Shown: in pieces, positions 55,805 through 64,000 of the stretch
How positions within the stretch are numbered: position 1 is the first letter of the stretch
How the letters are laid out: the number at the start of each line of letters is the position of its first letter
Assembly (NCBI GenBank): GCA_025355465.1
Contig: JANXZO010000075.1
Location: 51,564-115,563, forward strand
From: Bacteroidales bacterium
GTDB lineage: Bacteria; Bacteroidota; Bacteroidia; Bacteroidales; FEN-979
Reading direction: 5' to 3'
Length of the DNA: 64,000 nucleotides
Made by a program: the position numbers and the translations under genes
Notes under the pieces: model-generated
What the model was told of the DNA's origin: nothing
Database searches by the model: none
The model's input: the letters and a program-made list of their open reading frames with translations, nothing else

Positions 55805-56687
55805 TCAACCTTTTTCCCATTGATGAAATGGTTGTGCAGTGATGGTTTTATGATCGATGGTGAAGGTATCCGACTGATCATGCGTTATAAGGCATGCGTT
55901 TTGAACCCCGAAATAATTCATGGCCTCCAATATTCCGTCTATTTCCCTGTCCATATTGTTCTGGTCTAATTGCCAGCATACCTGATAAAGGCCCTTCAAT
56001 TTTCCATTTTGAAATGCGACGAAATCACATTCTTTTTTATCCGAGAAGTAGAAAATCTCAGGTGTTTGCCGTCGCAGATTCAGATAGACCATATTCTCGA
56101 GGAGCCTGCCTTTATCCTCACTAAAAGAAACCGAATTAACATCAATGAAACCGTTATCAATACAGTAAACTTTTTTAGCATTTACAACCTGTATCTTATG
56201 AGAATAGCTGAATTTAGGAACAAAAAAGAAAAAGCAGGCATCGACAAAATAGGAGAGATAGTCCATCATACAGGAGGAAGAGCCAATCTGAAATATTTTT
56301 CTCAGACTGTTACCAGTAATGGGTTTTCCGGTATTTGACACAAGCCATACTGCAAGTTGTTGCAAAACATGGTTGTTTTTTAAATTGTACCGTATTACAA
56401 TATCACGAATGACAATATCATTGAAAGCCTGCATCAGTACCTCAGGCAATCCTGTTTTCAAATATTCAGGAAAGCCTCCCGTTTTCATGTATTTCTCTGA
56501 TGAACTGGCATCCCGGCCCTGGTTTGTAAAAGCAAGATATTCGGTATATGAGAAAGGGAATAATTCTCAATGCATGTGATGTCAGGTCGGCGAAACCTTC
56601 GACAGATCGTGGTAACCCCGAATCCATTTGGGTTAAGCGTTCTTTCTGGGAACCAATTACCTGCTCAATGAATAATTTCGATAACAC
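55805..56687 (-). pseudogene. AAA_14/DUF4143 ATPase, split and lacking Walker region
   Basis: GGFPE, KKVY.IDNG, GRLLEN, ECDF, YQVC in 55805-56488; N-terminal piece in another frame. Confidence 0.75.
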
Positions 56688-56757
56688 AACTGCAAAGTTT
56701 TCGTTCGTAAAGTTAACTATTATTCGCTCACAGGAAAAACTTTTATTTATGAAAAAT

Positions 56758-56826
56758 TGATGAGGTGATGAGGTGATGAGGTGATAGTGTGATGAAGTGA
56801 GGGAGTGATGCGGTGATGGAGTAATG
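56758..56826. repeat. 8-bp tandem repeat TGATGAGG-like
   Basis: Directly visible, degenerating rightwards. Confidence 0.8.
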
Positions 56827-56852
56827 CGGTCAGTATGCTTTTACAGTAGCGG

Positions 56853-57290
56853 TTATAACATGCCGTGTGTTCTCAGTATTTCGGCAAGATCGGGGTGTTT
56901 CTTTGAGTATTCCCGAAGCAATGTCAAAAGAGTGCGGCTGTTTTCGTCGGCCTTCGCTGCTTGTTCCAAAGCTGGTTTCATAGCGGTACGGCGATCCCAG
57001 ATCATGTACCCCAGCATAAAGAGGAACAGGGTGATTAAAATGCCAAATCCCCAGAAAAAAAGTGTCTTAATGTCATCCAACTGTCTTTGCTGACTTTCAA
57101 ACTTGAATTCCATTTTGGCTTCGAGCGCATTTATTTTGGCTTCGAGTGCACCTATTTTGGCTTCGGTAAGAATGGCACGGTCACGGTCGGCCAAGGTATA
57201 TGGCACTGCCAATTGCTGCTCCTGCGCTGATACCGTGAGGTTAAGTATTGTTAGAAAAAGCAGACTGATATAAACAAGCGCTTTCATCAT
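56853..57290 (-). CDS. Membrane-anchored coiled-coil hypothetical protein
   Basis: Signal peptide, EAKI.AL heptad repeats, TM followed by WDRRT...P. Confidence 0.7.
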   Translation of the reverse strand: MMKALVYISLLFLTILNLTVSAQEQQLAVPYTLADRDRAILTEAKIGALEAKINALEAKMEFKFESQQRQLDDIKTLFFWGFGILITLFLFMLGYMIWDRRTAMKPALEQAAKADENSRTLLTLLREYSKKHPDLAEILRTHGML

Positions 57291-57309
57291 ACTTGAATTT
57301 GAAGCGAAG

Positions 57310-57940
57310 TTACAAAATTAATGTAACGTATCCATTCGACCACGAGCTTCTTTTTTGATAACAAGGTGATGGGGTGATCCAGAATACGCGTAAGGTGTCG
57401 AATACCGGGATGGCCAGGATTCCGATAGCCACGGCAGGTGCCGCTCTCAGGGTCATGACTGTTTTGCCCGGGATGGCCGATTCACAAAACTTTATCGTAA
57501 AAAAAGCCAGGATAAATCCAAGGACCAATGCACCGGTGTCGCAGTGGCAATGATCACGAGTTCCAGCTGTCCGGTAAACCAAAACCATAATCCAAAAGTA
57601 AATGTTGCGATTCCGGTAATACCGGCAGCCAGTCCGTCAATCCCGTCGATCAGGTTGATTTCATGGAATCCCAGAAAACCGTGGATATCGGTGATCCGTA
57701 AGTTTCCGAAAAAAATAAGCAGATCAAAAGCAATCAGTTCACCAATAAATTTTTGGGTGGCCGTGAGAATAAGCAAATCATCTTTTACTCCCATAATGAA
57801 TATAATGATCACCGCTACCATGAAAAATTTCAATTCAGGCAGATATGATCCATGCAGGAAAAACAGTGAACTCAATCCCATGGCGGTGAAAATGGCAATA
57901 CCTCCAAGAGTGGGTATGGCTCCGTCATGTGAATCCCGGC
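57310..57940 (-). pseudogene. MraY/WecA family remnant
   Basis: SH...IPTLGGIA, GVKDD, INLIDGIDGL, DTGALVLG, PVFDTLRV in shifting frames with deletions. Confidence 0.8.
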
Positions 57941-57941
57941 C

Positions 57942-59049
57942 GAACCTGCTCCTTAAAATCATTCTCTCACTGGGTGTAGCCTTTGCGATAACGGCCATGC
58001 TTGTACCGGTGGTGGTGAGTATTGTAAAGGAAAAAGGGGTGGTTGCACATGAAAATGGCCGCACCTCTCACACCGGCAGTATCCCCACCATGGGGGGGGA
58101 TCGCCATATTTGCCGGCTTCCTGATCTCGGCCTGGTCTTTTCGGGCTCCGGATTCCGCGACGACTTCCGCTATGTGATTGCCGGTGCAGTATTTATGCTA
58201 ATGGTGGGGATGAAGGATGACATTCAGGGAATTACCCCCTGGATGAAGCTTGCAGGTCAGATTATTGCAGCCCTGATAATCATTGTGCCGGGAGATATCC
58301 GTTTTACCAGCCTGCAGGGGTTTTTGGGGATTGAAGAGATCAGTTATTTCTGGAGCGTGGTAATCTCATTGGTTACCATTGTCGGGTTGACGAACTGCTT
58401 TAACCTGATTGATGGCATTGATGGACTTGCCTCAGGAATAGGCACCCTGGTCTCAATTACCTTAGGGATCTGGTTTGGATTGGCGGGTCAATATGGACTG
58501 ATGTTTATTTGCCTTGCCCTTGTTGGATCCCTGATTGCCTTTTCAATCTACAACATCTGGGGCAAGGAGAACAAGATATTTATGGGCGATACCGGTTCGC
58601 TTGTGCTTGGTTTTATCCTCGCAGCCCTGGTTATCGAATTCAATGAGTTGAATGTGGGGGTGCAGACTTCAGTTGATCTCATTTCAACCCCGGCTATAAG
58701 TATCGGGATTATGATCGTACCCGTATTTGATACACTCCGGGTATTTATTCTCAGAATGTGGCGAAGAAAACACCCTTTTTCTCCAGACAAGACCCATACG
58801 CATCACAATCTGATTAACTTGGGGGCATCTCATCACAAGGCCACGTTATCGCTGATGTTTCTTAATGGTATTTTCATTGCTATTTCATTTGCATTAAACT
58901 CTCTGGGTGCTACGATTCTCTTAACCCTTATCATGGCTTTAGCATTACTGGCATTCTATCTCCCGATTTTTGCCTTTCGGTTTAAGGATAAAGATTCTAC
59001 CCGACTTCGCACGAGACTTGCCAGGGTTACTTCGTTGTTTATTGCTTGA
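57942..59049 (+). pseudogene. Duplicate of the 54333-55448 MraY/WecA gene, lacking native start, with compensating frameshifts
   Basis: Near-identical protein from NLLLKIIL onward; G8 run 58092-58099 (+1) and -1 at ~58130 replace IAIFAGFLISV by DRHICRLPDLG. Confidence 0.75.
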
Positions 59050-59126
59050 TTTAATTGTGACAAAGTCACAGGGTCACAGGGTCACAAGGGAAAAAGATGT
59101 TATTTCCCCGTATTCAACCTAAACCG

Positions 59127-59768
59127 CTATAAGGCTGTTTTATCAGGTGATTTAATTTTGGAGAAGACTTCAATCCAAAGGATAAATAGCAGGAATATAA
59201 CAATGTAGATGAAAAAATTGAAGAGGTCGTGGTGATCGTATTTTCTTATTCCTAAAATGGATATGGTTTTGTTTGCAAAGTTGGTTCCATCTCTGCTTAG
59301 CCAAGTCAGGTAGGCCATTCTTGAAACATTCAAGGCAAATATTAGTATTAGCCCTAGTAGCACGTAGGGGATCTTAATTTGAATCTTTCCTGGCCATGCC
59401 ATTATAAGGGCTGTATATACTAACATGACTCCTAAACCCAGGCAAGAGAATCCAAGAAAGACCTTAACCCCAGTGCCAACTTGTAAAGCGAATACCCCGT
59501 AATGATAAATATTGGTTTCGAAGGTAAGGTTGGCAATATACCCAAGTTGACCCAATAATGCCTGGGCGGAAATCATCATTATTTTACCTAGGTGATAAAC
59601 CGGGAATGAGATGCTCAAGGCGGACTGAACGAAAGGATTACTTCGAAATATACTAAGAAGTAACAAGGCAGGAAGGGTAAGAATTCCAAGATTAAGTGCA
59701 AATTTTATAAAGGGATGATACTTAGGATTAACCTTGGATAAGACCATTTTGTATGGGAGGATATTCAT
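59127..59768 (-). CDS. Exosortase/archaeosortase family protein
   Basis: Multi-TM; FSCLG (Cys), LNVSR (Arg), DHHDLF (His) in exosortase order. Confidence 0.75.
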   Translation of the reverse strand: MNILPYKMVLSKVNPKYHPFIKFALNLGILTLPALLLLSIFRSNPFVQSALSISFPVYHLGKIMMISAQALLGQLGYIANLTFETNIYHYGVFALQVGTGVKVFLGFSCLGLGVMLVYTALIMAWPGKIQIKIPYVLLGLILIFALNVSRMAYLTWLSRDGTNFANKTISILGIRKYDHHDLFNFFIYIVIFLLFILWIEVFSKIKSPDKTAL

Positions 59769-59812
59769 TTTGAGTTATGCAGAGTAATACGTGAGTTCTT
59801 ATTAAATTTTAA

Positions 59813-60472
59813 CTAAACATCAATTAAATCAGGCCGTTGGGGAAGGTTCTTTAAATACCTGTTAATATTAATCGAAGGCCAGCCAATAATAACAGCAGTT
59901 AAGGCCATAAGTTTAAAATCAAGCCAAATACTTTTATTATTAAGATACCAACTTTCGAGGTCTCCTTTGTATGGAGAAATATTTAATCTGTAAAAGTTTT
60001 CAGCAGTAGTTTTATAATTACCCAACAGGGCTTCTTCATCCCTAAATACAATAGAACCAATACCAGTAATACCTGGCTTTAGTTTTGTAATGTTTCGTTT
60101 TGATTCCTCTGGATAGAAACTAAAGTTACGTGGGGTTAATGGTCTTGGCCCGATGAGACTCATGTCACCCTTAATTACGTTAATAATTTGTGGCAGTTCA
60201 TTTATTTTGGTTCTTCTTAAAAATTTACCAAATGGGAAAACCCTTGGATCGTTCTTTACAGTTATATCTTTGGTCCCCAGGTTAGGGCTATTTTTTAACA
60301 TGGTTGAAAATTTCATCAGCATAAATGGCTTTCCTCCATATCCAATTCTTTCGTGGGTGTAGAATACATAATGTTCTCCTGTTAGTAAAAGTATTATGGT
60401 AATCGGAATAAGGAGTGGAGATAGAAGTAACAATGCGATGATGGAAAAAAGCAAATCGATGATTCTCTTCAT
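59813..60472 (-). CDS. Bacterial sugar transferase (initiating phosphoglycosyltransferase)
   Basis: KRIIDL, KF.TM, DPRV, INELPQ..NV.KGDMS.IGPRP, KPGITG. Confidence 0.93.
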   Translation of the reverse strand: MKRIIDLLFSIIALLLLSPLLIPITIILLLTGEHYVFYTHERIGYGGKPFMLMKFSTMLKNSPNLGTKDITVKNDPRVFPFGKFLRRTKINELPQIINVIKGDMSLIGPRPLTPRNFSFYPEESKRNITKLKPGITGIGSIVFRDEEALLGNYKTTAENFYRLNISPYKGDLESWYLNNKSIWLDFKLMALTAVIIGWPSININRYLKNLPQRPDLIDV

Positions 60473-60532
60473 ATTTATGATTCTGGTTTAAAAGTTTTTT
60501 GCTTTCATTGAATTAATTGGAAGCGTTTTCAA

Positions 60533-61753
60533 TCACATTTGTTGATCAAGACTTTTTCCTTTTTCAATGTGCTCGAAGTTGGGAAGATAGATTTTTAAGA
60601 TTTCTACCACGTCACTTTTCTTTACTTCCATGTTGTTGAATAGTTGCCGGAGGCTAGCGAAGATTTGATCAATTTCCTCAATACTCCTGTTCTTCGATTT
60701 TTTTACCACCCCCAAATTAATAAACGAATCATTATCAAGCTCCTCACTTTCGGTATAGAACTCTTCATAAGATTTCTCACCGGAAGTGGCAGATCCAAAG
60801 AAATATACAGGATAAGATGTCGATGATTCGGTTAGATGGAAGGCTTTTTCCTTTGCCTCTTCCTCAGTTTGGCAGATATCGGGTTCAAGTCCAACGGTGT
60901 TGAGCAGATCAACAACAATTTTATCAAACGGAATCATGTCGTTCTCTTCATCTAACTTGGGAAAAAAGATATCTCCCGATTCTCCCATAATAGAGGCTAT
61001 AAGACATAACTCTCCAGCTTCCTGAGGCGAAACAAAAAAGCGTCGAATCCCTTTTGGACATGACCAGGGTTGTTTTTTTTGTAGTCGCTCTAAAAAGCCT
61101 AGTGGAAGACTACCATTGGAAAAAGCAACATTGGCAAAACGGGCTGTTTTGATAGGGAGCTTATCAGAATAAGCCATTATTAACTCTTCCATCAACTTTT
61201 TACTGGCACCCATTATGTTTACAGGATTGGCTGCTTTATCTGTAGAAACGCAGAAAAAATGTTCCGGTGGCGATTCTAGCAATAAGTCGAGTAATTTTCT
61301 GGCTTGAAGAACATTGTTCTCAATCATCGCTTCAACAGAGTAAATGTCCTTCTCGCTTCGAACATGCTTATGTGCTGCAAAGTTGGCTACAATCTGGAAA
61401 GGTCCATGATGCCGGAATATTTTATTAAAAACAGTATCCCCGAAATTTACCGGATAGGTTATAAACTCCTCTGGAATTTGATACCCTACCGAACTTCGTA
61501 CATCACGAACCAATTCAGTCAGGCCATTCTCGTTGATATCAACAACAACCAGTTTCTTTATCTTATATTTTAGAATAGCTTTAATATAGGAAGAGCCGAT
61601 CGTGCCGGCCCCTCCAATAACTAAAACCGTTTTATCATTGATTCTGGATTGTAGTTGGCTTTCATGTTTCGTGAAATCTTTAGCTAACAGGCTTTCTTGC
61701 CGGCAAGTTATATGATTTCGAATAAAGGAGTCAATATCTAGATTATATTGCAT
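60533..61753 (-). CDS. Polysaccharide biosynthesis UDP-HexNAc 4,6-dehydratase family
   Basis: GGAGTIGS, FAAHKHVR, STDKAANPVN.MGASK, RFANVAFSNGS. Confidence 0.9.
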   Translation of the reverse strand: MQYNLDIDSFIRNHITCRQESLLAKDFTKHESQLQSRINDKTVLVIGGAGTIGSSYIKAILKYKIKKLVVVDINENGLTELVRDVRSSVGYQIPEEFITYPVNFGDTVFNKIFRHHGPFQIVANFAAHKHVRSEKDIYSVEAMIENNVLQARKLLDLLLESPPEHFFCVSTDKAANPVNIMGASKKLMEELIMAYSDKLPIKTARFANVAFSNGSLPLGFLERLQKKQPWSCPKGIRRFFVSPQEAGELCLIASIMGESGDIFFPKLDEENDMIPFDKIVVDLLNTVGLEPDICQTEEEAKEKAFHLTESSTSYPVYFFGSATSGEKSYEEFYTESEELDNDSFINLGVVKKSKNRSIEEIDQIFASLRQLFNNMEVKKSDVVEILKIYLPNFEHIEKGKSLDQQM

Positions 61754-61759
61754 AAACCA

Positions 61760-62689
61760 TCAATTGTTTTCAAAAGAGTTAAACGTTTTCATTAAACCAT
61801 CCATTGCATTGACTGGCATTTTTTCTATCCCTAAAGCTTGTTTAATTTTATGATTGGAAACAAGATATGACTCTGTTAACTTATTTAATCGCTGGCTGTT
61901 CAAAGGGAGATGTAATAAATCTCCAAGTTGTGCAATGAATCTCATTAAAGTAACTGGAATATTCCTGATCCTTGCTTTCTTATTTTGTGACAATGCCAAT
62001 AATTTTATTATATCATTGGTGGATAGTGCCTCATCATCGGCAACCTGATAAATTCCAGATTCAATTTTCTGATCGAGAAGTTGTTGCACTACAAATATTA
62101 TGTTATCAATTGCGCAAAATGACCGGCTATTAACAAAAGCTCCTAACGGCCAGGGAAGCCCTTTTTGTTGCAATTTAAATAAAAGATTCAGGTTCCCTTT
62201 ATTGCCAGGTCCATGAATCATGCAGGGCCGAAGAATGTAGACTTGTTTATTGGGCGTTGCATGCTGCAAGATATATTTCTCAGCCGCCAGCTTACTTTCG
62301 CCATACGGACCTTTTGGTGAAGGGCTGACCTCCTCTGTCAATACATTTTCCTTTACACTTTCTGCAGCCGCTTTCACAGAGCTAAAAAAGATAAACTTCT
62401 TTGCGGTTGATAGCAAAAACCAGTTAAAAATCCGCTGAGTTAATCCCATATTGATATCAAAGTAATCTTCAGGATTGCCCTGCTTTTTTACATCATGAGC
62501 TTTTCCAGCCAAATGGATAACGGCATCAATTGATGGGACTGCATCCAACTCATTCCAATTGAATGTTTTTTCGATTCCCTTTTTGTGTGTTGTTACAATG
62601 TCCAACCCATAAATGGTATGCTGATCCATTAGTGAATCTACCAGATTATTACCCACAAAACCGTGTACTCCGGTGATAAGTATCTTCAT
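61760..62689 (-). CDS. NAD-dependent epimerase/dehydratase
   Basis: TG.HGFVG, IHLAGKAH, SSVKA, YGESK, RP.M.HGPG.KGN. Confidence 0.9.
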   Translation of the reverse strand: MKILITGVHGFVGNNLVDSLMDQHTIYGLDIVTTHKKGIEKTFNWNELDAVPSIDAVIHLAGKAHDVKKQGNPEDYFDINMGLTQRIFNWFLLSTAKKFIFFSSVKAAAESVKENVLTEEVSPSPKGPYGESKLAAEKYILQHATPNKQVYILRPCMIHGPGNKGNLNLLFKLQQKGLPWPLGAFVNSRSFCAIDNIIFVVQQLLDQKIESGIYQVADDEALSTNDIIKLLALSQNKKARIRNIPVTLMRFIAQLGDLLHLPLNSQRLNKLTESYLVSNHKIKQALGIEKMPVNAMDGLMKTFNSFENN

Positions 62690-62705
62690 GTCAGGTTCAG
62701 ATGTT

Positions 62706-63548
62706 TCAGAGTTCAATCTCCCGGGTTGTGCTCCAATCAACCATTTTATTTGCTTTTTCCACGCTAACAAAATCAAAGTCATTTAAAAGTTTTTGAAATT
62801 TTGCAAAGGAGGATGATAAACCTACATATGATTTAAATTTACGCATCGGAGGTAGTGAATCAATCATCGGTTGATCAGGATCAAAATCTCGGGTATGGAA
62901 ATAGGTCATCATGTAATCTGACCTAGATGTCCAATGTTTGATAAGCCAGTAAGGAAAAAGGCGAAAAAAGCCACCTCCCGAAAACACCAAATTTTTACCA
63001 AGAATGTTTTGAATATTTATCGGAAATTCTTTTATTTGGCTGCCATTGGGCAGTTTTAGTAAAGCAGGTTCAGCTTTGCCATAACTTGCAAAACCTCCAT
63101 AATCATGTCTGGCTGGTAATATGGAACAATCATATTCAAATCCCAGTTCGGTTAATACTTCCAGTGCCCATGTGTTTTTTTTAGTAATGGAAAAACCGGG
63201 AGCACGAAAAGCATTAATCGATTCTCCAATGAGATCCTCAATGAGTTTCTTGGATTTTTCTGTATCCTTTTTGAATGCCTCTCTGTCAAATCTGAAGGCT
63301 AACTCATGCTGATAGGAATGGCAACCGATATGGTGACCATGAGCATGTATAGAGAGTATGGCTTCTGGATGCTTCTCGGCAATCCATCCCAGGCAAAAAA
63401 ATGTTGCTTTAAGGTTGCGACTATCCAATTCCTGAAGAATGTGATTTACTCCTTCGTATATCCTAACCTCATACTTGTCCCAGTTAAAATCAGTGGTAAT
63501 AAAATCACAACTATACCAATCTTCTATGTCGAACGTAAGGATGTTCAT
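62706..63548 (-). CDS. Polysaccharide deacetylase (DUF3473-type)
   Basis: TFDIEDW, H.IGCHSY.H, FRAPGFS, GGGFFRL.PY, YFH..DFD. Confidence 0.9.
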   Translation of the reverse strand: MNILTFDIEDWYSCDFITTDFNWDKYEVRIYEGVNHILQELDSRNLKATFFCLGWIAEKHPEAILSIHAHGHHIGCHSYQHELAFRFDREAFKKDTEKSKKLIEDLIGESINAFRAPGFSITKKNTWALEVLTELGFEYDCSILPARHDYGGFASYGKAEPALLKLPNGSQIKEFPINIQNILGKNLVFSGGGFFRLFPYWLIKHWTSRSDYMMTYFHTRDFDPDQPMIDSLPPMRKFKSYVGLSSSFAKFQKLLNDFDFVSVEKANKMVDWSTTREIEL

Positions 63549-63556
63549 ATTAACAA

Positions 63557-64000
63557 TTACCGAACATCGAAATTTAGTAAGCCATAATTCCAGTTATTAA
63601 ATTCCAATATATCAGAATACATAGCTGAATATTCTTCATTTATTATATCGCAAGTTAACGGAAGCCTTTTTGGCTCAAATCTTTTTGGTACGTGTATCAG
63701 AAGCATCTGAAACAGCTTCATTGGACCAACATACAAAACAATGTCTGCATCTGTCTTCCTTACGATATAACTCACCCCTTTGTATAAAGCCTTAAATGAG
63801 AGACGATCCTTTTGTTTTGCATCTATAAGGTATGCAGTTTTTACACCGTTCTCATCATAGAGTCGATAATAGAATGTTATATCTCCTGTAACAATTTTGC
63901 AATATTCCTGTGTGAATCTGTTATTGCAGAATGCCTCACCTGTGATCAGTTCATACATCGATTGCCTTTCTTTATTATTGGTAATCAATGAAATTATAGC
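63557..64000 (-). CDS. Hypothetical protein of the polysaccharide locus (5' truncated by window edge)
   Basis: Open frame to window end, AT-rich like neighbours. Confidence 0.55.
   Translation of the reverse strand, partial: AIISLITNNKERQSMYELITGEAFCNNRFTQEYCKIVTGDITFYYRLYDENGVKTAYLIDAKQKDRLSFKALYKGVSYIVRKTDADIVLYVGPMKLFQMLLIHVPKRFEPKRLPLTCDIINEEYSAMYSDILEFNNWNYGLLNFDVR

Noticed and set aside
57544..59049. 501-aa ORF as a novel N-terminally extended transferase
   Set aside because: The first ~133 codons are the antisense of a WecA remnant joined at a deletion junction

Overview
This 64 kb window comes from a Bacteroidota chromosome, probably Bacteroidales (TTTG-N19-21-TAnnTTTG promoters; glycogen synthase-DUF4270-glmS and yceD-rpmF-plsX-fabH gene order). 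The standout is a ~14.3 kb putative extracellular electron transfer (EET) locus at 3626-17960. It encodes a stand-alone tetraheme cytochrome closely resembling the Geobacter nanowire subunit OmcE, a 12-heme cytochrome whose N-terminus is a second OmcE-like module, and two NHL beta-propellers. It also has a porin-cytochrome conduit (beta-barrel, pentaheme lipoprotein, 15-heme cytochrome), a histidine kinase with a periplasmic CxxCH, a sigma54 activator, candidate -24/-12 promoters with a double-dyad enhancer, and a divergent CcsBA heme-attachment gene. The middle of the window is mostly housekeeping: M16 and S41 peptidases, an acyl-CoA ligase, a frameshifted SOD, glmS, a five-module fused flavin/Fe-S dehydrogenase next to proline dehydrogenase, and lipid genes. 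The region 44.4-59 kb is accessory and decaying, with P-loop ATPases, a HigBA-like toxin-antitoxin pair, gmd/SNF2 scars, duplicated WecA/MraY-family genes and 7/8-mer tandem repeats. It also holds a ~230-nt dispersed repeat whose two full copies show compensatory base-pair changes. The end of an AT-rich polysaccharide locus with an exosortase-family gene follows. I recognised no rRNA, tRNA, CRISPR array or transposase. All family calls come from reading motifs, not from database searches.
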